The notes: generated by a model from the letters alone, not told the origin. Shown: positions 1-6,755, numbered from the stretch's first letter. The stretch is DNA of 11,695 nt from Candidatus Eiseniibacteriota bacterium (GCA_031431875.1 JANPEF010000152.1:1-11695), one strand, 5' to 3'. Program-made: numbers and translations.

Positions 1-1758
1 GCCGGCGGCGTGCTCACCGACGAGGCGGCACCCTTCGCGGGGCAGTTCGTGTTCAAGGCCAACGGGCCGATCACCGGCTGGCTCGACGAACGCGGGCTCC
101 TGCTCTCGCGTGGCACGATGCGCCACTCGTACCCGCACTGCTGGCGCTGCCGGAACCCGGTGATCTTCCGCGCCACCGACCAGTGGTTCATGGCCATCGA
201 TGCGGGCGGCCACCGCGAACGCGCGCTGGCGGCGATCGCCGCCACGCGCTGGGATCCGCCGTCGTCGCAGAACCGCATCCGCTCGGCGGTCGAGACGCGG
301 CCCGACTGGTGCCTGTCGCGGCAGAGGAGCTGGGGTGTGGGCATCCCCGCGCTGTACTGCGAGGCCTGCGGCGAACCGACCGTGCATCCCGAGGTGGTGG
401 CCAACGTGGCGGCAAGGATCCGCGCCGCGAACTCGGACGTGTGGACGACCGAGCCGGCGGCTGCGTTCGTTCCCGCGGGCTTCACCTGCCCGGGCTGCGG
501 CTCGGCGGGTCCGTTCAAGAAGGAGACCGACATCCTCGACGTGTGGTTCGATTCGGGCGTGACACAGCGCGCGGTCCTCAAGGCCCGCGGCCTGGCGTGG
601 CCGTGCGACGCGTACTTCGAGGGACCGGATCAGCATCGCGGTTGGTTCAACTCGTCGCTCATGATCGCCGTCGCCACCGACGACGCGGGCCGCGCGCCCT
701 ACAAGAGCGTGCTCACCCACGGCTGGATCCTCGACGGCGACGGCCGCGCCATGCACAAGTCGCTGGGCAACGTGATCGCGCCGGACTCGCTCATCTCGCA
801 GAATGGCGCAGACCTGCTGCGCCTGTGGGCGTGCTCGACCGACTGGCGCACCGACGTGCGGATCTCGCCCGAGATCATGAAGCGCGTGATCGACGCCTAC
901 CGCAAGGTGCGCAACACGGCGCGCTTCCTGCTGGCCAACCTGGGCGACGCGCCTTCGGATGCGGCGACGACTGCGCTCGATCCGGCGTCGCTCGAGCCGC
1001 TCGATCGCGCGGCGCTGGCCTGCGTGCGCGCCGCCGTGGCCGAGGCGCGCACCGACTTCGAGGCGGCCCGGTTCCACGCGGCCGTGTCGCGGCTGGTCGA
1101 GTTGTGCACCACCGACCTGTCGGCCGTGTACCTCGACTTCCGCAAGGACGCGCTGTACACGCTCGCGGCCTCGCACCCCGAGCGCCAGTCGTGCCTCGCC
1201 GTGCTCGCCGAGACGCTGCGCAGCCTCGCGCTGGGCTTCGCCCCCGTGCTGTCGTTCACGGCCGAGGAGATCTGGCAGCACGCTCCCGCGCTCAAGGCCG
1301 AGGCCGCGTCGGTGTTCGAGGCGACCTGGGGCGACACGAAGGCGGCCGATGCGGCAGACCTCGCCGACTGGAGCGCTCTCGCGGCGCTGCGCGAGAGCGT
1401 TCACAAGGCGCTCGAACCCGAGCGAGCCGCCAAGCGGCTGGCCCAATCGCAGGAGGCTGTGGTGCAGCTGGGCCCCGGGGACGACGCGGCCCGCTCGCTC
1501 CTGGCGCGCTACGGTCCGGCGCTCGCCTCCTACCTGGTGGTCAGCACGGTGACGTTCGATGGTCCCGCCCCGGCCCCGGGCGAGCCGTGGGGGGTGGCGA
1601 TCGCGAAGTCGCCACACCCGAAGTGCGAGCGCTGCTGGAACTACCGCCCCACCGTCGGCACCTCGGCGGCGCACCCCACGCTGTGCGACCGCTGCCTGGC
1701 CGCGCTTCCGCCGGGATTCGCGCGGCCCGAGCCGGCCCCGGCGGCGCCCACGTCGTGA
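1..1758 (+). CDS. ileS: Isoleucine--tRNA ligase (IleRS1-type), 5'-truncated by the window edge
   Basis: The frame is open from base 1. IleRS motifs: HSYPHCWRC, RATDQWF, RPDWCLSRQRSWG, CEAC/CPGC Zn site, DILDVWFDSG, YFEGPDQHRGWFNSS, AMHKSLGN (KMSKS position), RKVRNTARFLLANL, and the C-terminal Zn finger KCERCW...LCDRC typical of IleRS1. The HIGH motif lies upstream of the window. Confidence 0.97.
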   Translation, partial: AGGVLTDEAAPFAGQFVFKANGPITGWLDERGLLLSRGTMRHSYPHCWRCRNPVIFRATDQWFMAIDAGGHRERALAAIAATRWDPPSSQNRIRSAVETRPDWCLSRQRSWGVGIPALYCEACGEPTVHPEVVANVAARIRAANSDVWTTEPAAAFVPAGFTCPGCGSAGPFKKETDILDVWFDSGVTQRAVLKARGLAWPCDAYFEGPDQHRGWFNSSLMIAVATDDAGRAPYKSVLTHGWILDGDGRAMHKSLGNVIAPDSLISQNGADLLRLWACSTDWRTDVRISPEIMKRVIDAYRKVRNTARFLLANLGDAPSDAATTALDPASLEPLDRAALACVRAAVAEARTDFEAARFHAAVSRLVELCTTDLSAVYLDFRKDALYTLAASHPERQSCLAVLAETLRSLALGFAPVLSFTAEEIWQHAPALKAEAASVFEATWGDTKAADAADLADWSALAALRESVHKALEPERAAKRLAQSQEAVVQLGPGDDAARSLLARYGPALASYLVVSTVTFDGPAPAPGEPWGVAIAKSPHPKCERCWNYRPTVGTSAAHPTLCDRCLAALPPGFARPEPAPAAPTS

Positions 1759-1760
1759 CG

Positions 1761-2165
1761 ATGGACCGGCGGCGGATCGCAGCACTCGGCCTCGTGGTCG
1801 CGATCCTCGGCGCCGGCATCGCGTTGCGCGCCGGGTGGGATGCGCGGGCGCCGCGCGGCAACGCACTGATCGTGCTCAACACGGGTGCGGTGGGGATCGA
1901 CTCGATCGTCGTCGAGCCGGCGCCGGCGGCGGTGGGCACGGATCCGCCGCCGGGCCCGGGGGGGCCAGCCGGGAGAGCGGGCTACCTGGCCGCCCAGGAC
2001 AGCCTGCTGCTTTCCTTGCCCGCGACCGTGGGCGATGCACAGGTCCGGGCGTGGCGAGCCGGACGCGTGATCGCGGACGAGATCGTGTACTTCGGGGGCG
2101 CGTCGGTGTTCGAGCTGCGCGTGGGGGATCGCGACCGGCAGGGGCGTTATCGACGGACAGGTTAG
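1761..2165 (+). CDS. Small hypothetical protein with an N-terminal membrane anchor or signal sequence (~134 aa)
   Basis: This is the 3' part of the 183..2165 ORF. ATG at 1761 lies 2 nt after the ileS stop; an alternative GTG at 1755 would form a GTGA overlap. A basic N-terminus (MDRRR) precedes a hydrophobic helix (IAALGLVVAILGAGIAL), then a beta-rich region with a Pro/Gly linker. No family recognised. Confidence 0.7.
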   Translation: MDRRRIAALGLVVAILGAGIALRAGWDARAPRGNALIVLNTGAVGIDSIVVEPAPAAVGTDPPPGPGGPAGRAGYLAAQDSLLLSLPATVGDAQVRAWRAGRVIADEIVYFGGASVFELRVGDRDRQGRYRRTG

Positions 2166-2173
2166 GACTTCGG

Positions 2174-2427
2174 CTGCGGGCGGCCCGTCCCGACTTGCTG
2201 CGCAGCAAGTTGCCCCGGGCGAACTGGTCTTGAGACCAGTTGAGATGTCACGCGACCATGCGATGCCATCGCATTGCATCCGCACACGTTATCGAATGTC
2301 GTCGGGGACACTTTCCCATCCTGCGAGCGGCTCGTGCTCGCCTGCCCGGCCCCATCAACTTGCTGCGCAGCAAGTTGAGATCTCACAGGATGCGAGAGCT
2401 GCAGCCTCCTCTCCCTGGACATGTCAC
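2174..2427. repeat. Cluster of short palindromes and imperfect direct repeats between convergent genes
   Basis: Perfect 18-bp palindrome ACTTGCTGCGCAGCAAGT at 2193-2210, repeated inside the 24-bp palindrome at 2355-2378. AACTGGTCT-TG-AGACCAGTT at 2222-2241. ATGCGATG-C-CATCGCAT at 2258-2274. CTGCGRGCGGCYCGT at 2174-2188 and 2321-2335. GASATSTCAC at 2242, 2377 and 2418. Confidence 0.85.
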
Positions 2428-2483
2428 TGCGCCGCACAGGAACGTGAGGACCTCCGGCAAACCCCCCGCCCCACGGTCATCCG

Positions 2484-4010
2484 CTACCGACCCGCCGCCG
2501 CCCCGCACCCGGTGGAGCGCACGCGCAAGCCGTCCGGGAACCATACCGTCGCACGAGACGCGCAGGGACCCGTCGCCTCGATGAAGCGCAGCGTCGCGTC
2601 CGGATCGGCCCATGGCACCGTGTCGAAGTGGACGACCCAGAACTGCTCCGGCACCCCGCCCCTCGGCGGCACCGTGAGCCCACGCGCGGGTCGCCGCAGT
2701 CGGGCGTAGATCGCGTCGGGTGCATTGCTGAAGACTGCCTCGTCGCGCGGCAGTCCGGCGACTGCGTGCAGCAGCCCGGCTTCGAGCGAGCGATCCCACA
2801 ACGCGGTGTTGTAGCCCCACTCGCCCGGGCCACGGTAGCGCTCGACGTGCCGCGCCGTGCGCACTGCGCCGAGCCCCGCCAGCGCCAGGCCGATCGTCAC
2901 CGCAACGACGAAGCCCAGCCGGGCCGTCGCCGCCCGCCACGCAAGCCTCTCCCGCAACCGATCGGTCGCCCATGCGACGACGAGCAGTCCGGGAACCACC
3001 AGCGGAATGGTGTAGCGCTCGTTCAGCCGCTCGATCGACGCATAGGAACTCCAGCCGACCAGGATCGCAGCGGCAACGAGGACGTACGCGGCCGCGGCCT
3101 GCACCGACAGCGGTACGCCGGGCCCGGGAGAGCGTACGCGCCGGACAGACGCGAACGCGAGCCCGACCAGCGCAATCCCCACGACCACGAGTCCGAGGCC
3201 CGTACCCACGCGCATCGCCTCGCCTTGCCCGCTGCCCACGAGCCAGACGCCGAGCGCCGAACACAGATCGCGCCCCTGCGCCGCGATCGCAACGACGGAA
3301 GGACGCCGTGGCCCGAACGCCCCGCCGACGAGAGCCAGATTGCGGAAACACCACAGCGCGATCGGCACGAGCGCGACCCCGGCGAAGCACGCGGCATCGA
3401 CCGCACGGCGACGCCCGCCCGGCGCCCCCGGCCCGCGCGACAGCAGCAGCCCCACGCCGACGGGAACGAGCGCAAGCCCGGCGTAGCGCATCAGCACCGC
3501 CAGGGCGACGAGGGCACCGCCGAGCAACGCGAGGCGACGCCGTCGCGCATGGTCCGCGAACTCGAGGCGATCGGCGCCGACGAGCGCCGCCAGAGCGAGC
3601 GCGAGAAACGGAAGATCAGACCACACGAAGACCGTTGCCTCGAGCAGGGTGGCCGAGGTGAGGAGAACGGCGAGCGTGAGCGCGCGCACGAGCGGATCGG
3701 CGACGTGGCGGCCAAGCCAGGTGGCGAGCAGTACGAGGACGGCAAGCAGCGCGAGCAGGTTGAGCCCGAAGCCGGCCCACGCCGCATCGAGGCCGAAACG
3801 CGTGAACGGCGCCAGCAGGACGGGCAGGAGCGGCGCCCAGCGGGTGTACGGCTCCCCGTCGAACTGGACGAAGCCGCGGCCCTGCGCCAGCGATTCCGCC
3901 ACCGATAGATACACCGCCGAGTCGCCGGACAACGCGGGCCCGCGCGGCATCACCGCGGCGAGCGCCAGGATCGCGGCCAGCGCCCCGACGACGACCGCGA
4001 CGGGGCGCAC
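2484..4010 (-). CDS. Polytopic membrane protein, probable GT-C fold (ArnT/PMT-like, lipid-carrier-dependent) glycosyltransferase
   Basis: 508 aa, GTG start 4 nt after the upstream stop, many hydrophobic helices. The first external loop SGDSAVYLSVAESLAQGRGF...WAPLLPVLLA, plus VWSDLPF, LMRYAG and ERYTIP segments, match the pattern of GT39/ArnT-like proteins. There is a soluble C-terminal domain. Confidence 0.7.
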   Translation of the reverse strand: MRPVAVVVGALAAILALAAVMPRGPALSGDSAVYLSVAESLAQGRGFVQFDGEPYTRWAPLLPVLLAPFTRFGLDAAWAGFGLNLLALLAVLVLLATWLGRHVADPLVRALTLAVLLTSATLLEATVFVWSDLPFLALALAALVGADRLEFADHARRRRLALLGGALVALAVLMRYAGLALVPVGVGLLLSRGPGAPGGRRRAVDAACFAGVALVPIALWCFRNLALVGGAFGPRRPSVVAIAAQGRDLCSALGVWLVGSGQGEAMRVGTGLGLVVVGIALVGLAFASVRRVRSPGPGVPLSVQAAAAYVLVAAAILVGWSSYASIERLNERYTIPLVVPGLLVVAWATDRLRERLAWRAATARLGFVVAVTIGLALAGLGAVRTARHVERYRGPGEWGYNTALWDRSLEAGLLHAVAGLPRDEAVFSNAPDAIYARLRRPARGLTVPPRGGVPEQFWVVHFDTVPWADPDATLRFIEATGPCASRATVWFPDGLRVRSTGCGAAAGR

Positions 4011-4014
4011 GACT

Positions 4015-4758
4015 TCAGCGCCGCGGCATGCCGGGGTCGACGGGCTCGTCGGCGGCCGCGGGCTCGATGGACTCGACGGGCTCCCCCGCAGGCAGCAGCA
4101 GCATCCCCTGCGGCGGGTAGCGGCTCTTCAGCTCGTCGACCAGGGCGCCGAATGCGGGCGTCGGGCCCTGCAGCGGGATCGAGTCGGTGTCGATGACGCG
4201 CACGTCGGCGCGCTGCGCGGCGCGCTCGATCCAGCCGTCGTAGGCCTTGCCCAGCCGCGCCAGGTAGTCGCGCGTGATGGCCTTCTCGCTCTCGCGCCCG
4301 CGCCGCGCGATCCGTTCCATGAGCGTGTCGGGGTTGGCGTGCAGGTAGATGATGAGGTCCGGCGGGCGCAGGAAGTCGGTCATGCAGTGGAACAGCTCGA
4401 CGTAGTTCTGGTAGTCGACCTTCGTCATCGAGCCCTGCTCGAACAGCGTGCGGGCGAAGATCTCGGCGTCCTCGTAGATCGTGCGGTCCTGGATGAACGC
4501 CTCGCCCGACTTGCCGATCTTGACCTGCGCCTTGAAGCGCTCGGCGAGGAAGTAGATCTGGAGATGAAACGACCAGCGCTCCATGTCCTTGTAGAACGGG
4601 TCGAGGTACGGGTTCTCGATCACCGGCTCGTAGTAGACCTTCCAGCCCAGGGCCGAGGCGAGGCGGTCGGTCAGCTCGGTCTTGCCCACGCCGATGTTCC
4701 CGGCGATGGCGAGGAAGAACCCGCGTGTGGCCGCGGCTGCAGGAACGAGGTCGCTCAA
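4015..4758 (-). CDS. dck: Deoxynucleoside kinase (dAK/dCK-like)
   Basis: P-loop IAGNIGVGKT, EPVIENPYL, WSFHLQIYFLAERF, IQDRTIYED, PDLIIYL and lid RIARRGRESE. As I recall it, this is closest to the Bacillus Dck-type dA/dC kinase. Start inferred as TTG at 4758 in a TTGA overlap with the upstream stop, with a GGTGG SD-like sequence just upstream. Confidence 0.9.
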   Translation of the reverse strand: MSDLVPAAAATRGFFLAIAGNIGVGKTELTDRLASALGWKVYYEPVIENPYLDPFYKDMERWSFHLQIYFLAERFKAQVKIGKSGEAFIQDRTIYEDAEIFARTLFEQGSMTKVDYQNYVELFHCMTDFLRPPDLIIYLHANPDTLMERIARRGRESEKAITRDYLARLGKAYDGWIERAAQRADVRVIDTDSIPLQGPTPAFGALVDELKSRYPPQGMLLLPAGEPVESIEPAAADEPVDPGMPRR

Positions 4759-5909
4759 CGACCCACCACGACGCGCGTCCGGGCCGTGCGATCCCCGACG
4801 CTCACGTGCACGAAGTAGACGCCGGGAGCGGGTGCGGCCGCGCCCACCCCGCCGAAGATCCAGGTGAGATGACCACTGCCCGCCGGCTGCGGTCCGGGAG
4901 CGAACTTCGCGACGCGGCGGCCGCGCGCGTCGACCAGAGTGAACACGGGCGTCGCCGCGGCGGGCAGGGCGAAGCGCAGCTCGAGGCGATCGCGCGCGGG
5001 CGTCGGGCCGGCGGCGAGCGCGAGTCGCGTTGCAGGCGCGCCGGCGACGTCGATGGTCGCGTCCGGGACCGGCGGGAAGCCGGCATCCGCCCACGCGGTG
5101 TAGACCAACGAGGCGGTCACCACCGACGCCTCGGTGAGCCGCGTCAGCGTCAGCGCCGACGTGCGCGTCCACAGGCCCGCGTAGTACGTCCCCGAGGTCG
5201 TCGAGCCACCTGCAGCGTTGCGAGCCTGCGTGTCGGCGGTGATCACGTCGACCACCCGTTGTTGCGAAGCAGCGGCCATCGCAAACGCCGCGTCGACCGG
5301 GCTCGGCAGGTACGTCACGGCTCCCGGGGCGAGTTGCAGGGCGCCGGCATTGAGGTCGAGCATGCGCGTCTCGTAGCGGTAGTGGACACCGTTGTTGCCG
5401 GTGAGCTGCCCATCGTAGTTGAGCGAGCAATGCAGCGGCTGGTGCAGGTCGCCGACGTAGTGGCACAGGTCGCTGATCCACAGGCGGGCGCGATCCCAGC
5501 GCCCGGTCGCCATCGCCGCGGTCAGCGAATCGGTCACCTCGCCGATGGCCCACGGCACGATTCCCCACTGCTCGACCTGCGCGGTTCCGTGCGTGGCCTC
5601 GAGCACGGCGCGGTCGTGTGACAGCGTGCCCGCCAGGTATTCGGGGTACGCATCGATGTCGATGTAGTGCCGGAAACGCTCGGATGGAATCGTGCCCTTG
5701 CGCGTGTCCGGGTCGAGCACGTGATCGACGACCCAGGCGTCCTGGCTGCGCAGCCCGTCGAGCGGCCACGGCAGCGAGTCGCCGTACTCGCCGGCGATCG
5801 TGCGGTGCCCGAGCGATCCCCAGGCGTGCGCGGAATCGGGGGCGAGCAGCAGCATCCCCAGGACGAAGGCGGCGCAAGTGTGGGCGAACGAGGGCGCGGC
5901 TGGCTTCAT
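4755..5909 (-). CDS. Secreted S1/P1 nuclease / zinc-dependent phospholipase C family protein with a C-terminal Por-secretion/FlgD-Ig-like domain (384 aa)
   Basis: ATG at 5909 in an ATGA overlap. A 29-aa signal peptide ending AHA exposes N-terminal W-G-x-x-G-H. Further motifs of the tri-Zn fold: DPD, HYIDID, HYVGDLHQPLH, HYRYE. The last ~90 aa (PTP...FALP...DARGRRV...W...PGVYFV) resemble a Por/FlgD-Ig-type sorting domain. Confidence 0.85.
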   Translation of the reverse strand: MKPAAPSFAHTCAAFVLGMLLLAPDSAHAWGSLGHRTIAGEYGDSLPWPLDGLRSQDAWVVDHVLDPDTRKGTIPSERFRHYIDIDAYPEYLAGTLSHDRAVLEATHGTAQVEQWGIVPWAIGEVTDSLTAAMATGRWDRARLWISDLCHYVGDLHQPLHCSLNYDGQLTGNNGVHYRYETRMLDLNAGALQLAPGAVTYLPSPVDAAFAMAAASQQRVVDVITADTQARNAAGGSTTSGTYYAGLWTRTSALTLTRLTEASVVTASLVYTAWADAGFPPVPDATIDVAGAPATRLALAAGPTPARDRLELRFALPAAATPVFTLVDARGRRVAKFAPGPQPAGSGHLTWIFGGVGAAAPAPGVYFVHVSVGDRTARTRVVVGR

Positions 5910-6595
5910 CGAGGAGCCTCGTGAAAGGTGGCGATCACCGCAAGCGGCTTGCGCATCAGGTCGGGGACCGTGCAGTCGGCCGCGGGATAGCCGACCGGAA
6001 TGAGGACGAAGGGTTTCTCGTTCGCCGGTCGCTCGCACAGGTCCCGCAGGAAGGTCATGGGGGATGGCGTATGCGTCAGCGCCGCCAGTCCGGCCCGGTG
6101 CAACGCCTGCAGCAGGAACCCGACCGCGATCCCGACCGACTCGCCGACATAGTAGTTCTTGAGCGTCCGACCATCCGGCAGCACTTCGGGATCGCGGCGA
6201 AACACGACGATCAACCACGGCGCGATCTCGAGGTATTCCTTGTGCTCGTCCGTGCCGAGCGGCGCCAGCGCGGCCAGCCACTCGGCGGTGGCGCGCCGGG
6301 AATAGAAATCGCGTTCCTCCTCCTCGGCGGCGTGTCGAATCCGCCGCTTGAGCCCCGGATCCCCGACCACCACAAAGTGCCAGGGTTGCCGGTGCGCCCC
6401 GCTCGGAGCCGTCCCTGCAATGGCGAGCGCGGCTTCGATCCATGCCCGCGGCACCGGATCGGGCGAGAAAGCGCGGACCGAGCGTCGCCCCTGCGCGCCG
6501 GCAAGGTCCGCGGCAAGGGTCGCGGCCGAGACCTCGGGGTCGATACGGTCGGGTCGATAGGCGACGAATGGCTGGATGTCAGGGGCTCCGGACAT
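5906..6595 (-). CDS. Nitroreductase-superfamily flavoprotein, iodotyrosine deiodinase (IYD)-like (229 aa)
   Basis: RRSVRAFS, AGTAPSGAHRQPWHFVVV, lid AAEEEERDFY...W...LGTDEHKEYLEIAP, YYVGESVGIA, LTHTPSPM and VGYP...VPDLMRKPL form the IYD subgroup pattern. ATG at 6595 is preferred over TTG at 6634. Confidence 0.9.
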   Translation of the reverse strand: MSGAPDIQPFVAYRPDRIDPEVSAATLAADLAGAQGRRSVRAFSPDPVPRAWIEAALAIAGTAPSGAHRQPWHFVVVGDPGLKRRIRHAAEEEERDFYSRRATAEWLAALAPLGTDEHKEYLEIAPWLIVVFRRDPEVLPDGRTLKNYYVGESVGIAVGFLLQALHRAGLAALTHTPSPMTFLRDLCERPANEKPFVLIPVGYPAADCTVPDLMRKPLAVIATFHEAPR

Positions 6596-6678
6596 GATGC
6601 TTGGAGAACACCCGACGCGACCCGCCGCCGTCAAGCCAGAAGCTCGAATACGCCTGCCGGCCCGCCGCGTTCCCGGCG

Positions 6679-6707
6679 TGGACAGGGCCGGGCGAACCGG
6701 CTAGTCT
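6679..6707 (+). promoter_or_regulatory. Probable sigma70-type promoter of the DUF885 operon
   Basis: TGGACA (6679-6684), a 17-nt spacer, then TAGTCT (6702-6707), lying 48 nt upstream of the GTG start. Confidence 0.6.
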
Positions 6708-6744
6708 TCGCGGTCACACCCTCGTTTCGACCCTCAGCCCGCAG

Positions 6745-6749
6745 AGGAG
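6745..6749 (+). promoter_or_regulatory. Shine-Dalgarno sequence of the DUF885 gene
   Basis: AGGAG 6 nt upstream of GTG at 6756. Confidence 0.7.
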
Positions 6750-6755
6750 ATTCCC

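Noticed and set aside
183..1754. N-terminal ~525 aa of the 660-aa ORF
   Set aside because: It is an alternative frame inside ileS with Arg/Gly-rich composition typical of high-GC off-frames.
2191..2378. Possible CRISPR mini-array
   Set aside because: There are only two near-identical ~20-bp units, 165 bp apart. Spacing is irregular, and no cas genes are in the window.
2162..2709. Small ORFs across the intergenic region (2162..2437, 2230..2709, 2240..2584)
   Set aside because: They have no SD or family features. The repeated peptides LLRSKL and QLAAQQV are simply translations of the DNA palindrome.
4759..6443. Long N-terminal extensions of the kinase (to 5877) and nuclease (to 6443) ORFs, suggesting fusions or frameshifts
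   Set aside because: Each extension overlaps a better gene in another frame, and clean stop/start overlaps explain the junctions. No slippery site was seen.
2484..6595. Anti-phage defence or DNA-modification system (nuclease + kinase + glycosyltransferase)
   Set aside because: The nuclease has a signal peptide, the glycosyltransferase is a membrane GT-C type and the kinase looks like a housekeeping salvage enzyme. No integrase, toxin or defence-island context is present.
6605..6634. Candidate promoter for the IYD operon (TTGACG, 18 nt, TGTTCT on the minus strand)
   Set aside because: The -35 is good, but the -10 lacks the conserved A at position 2 and the spacer is suboptimal. It is too weak to call.
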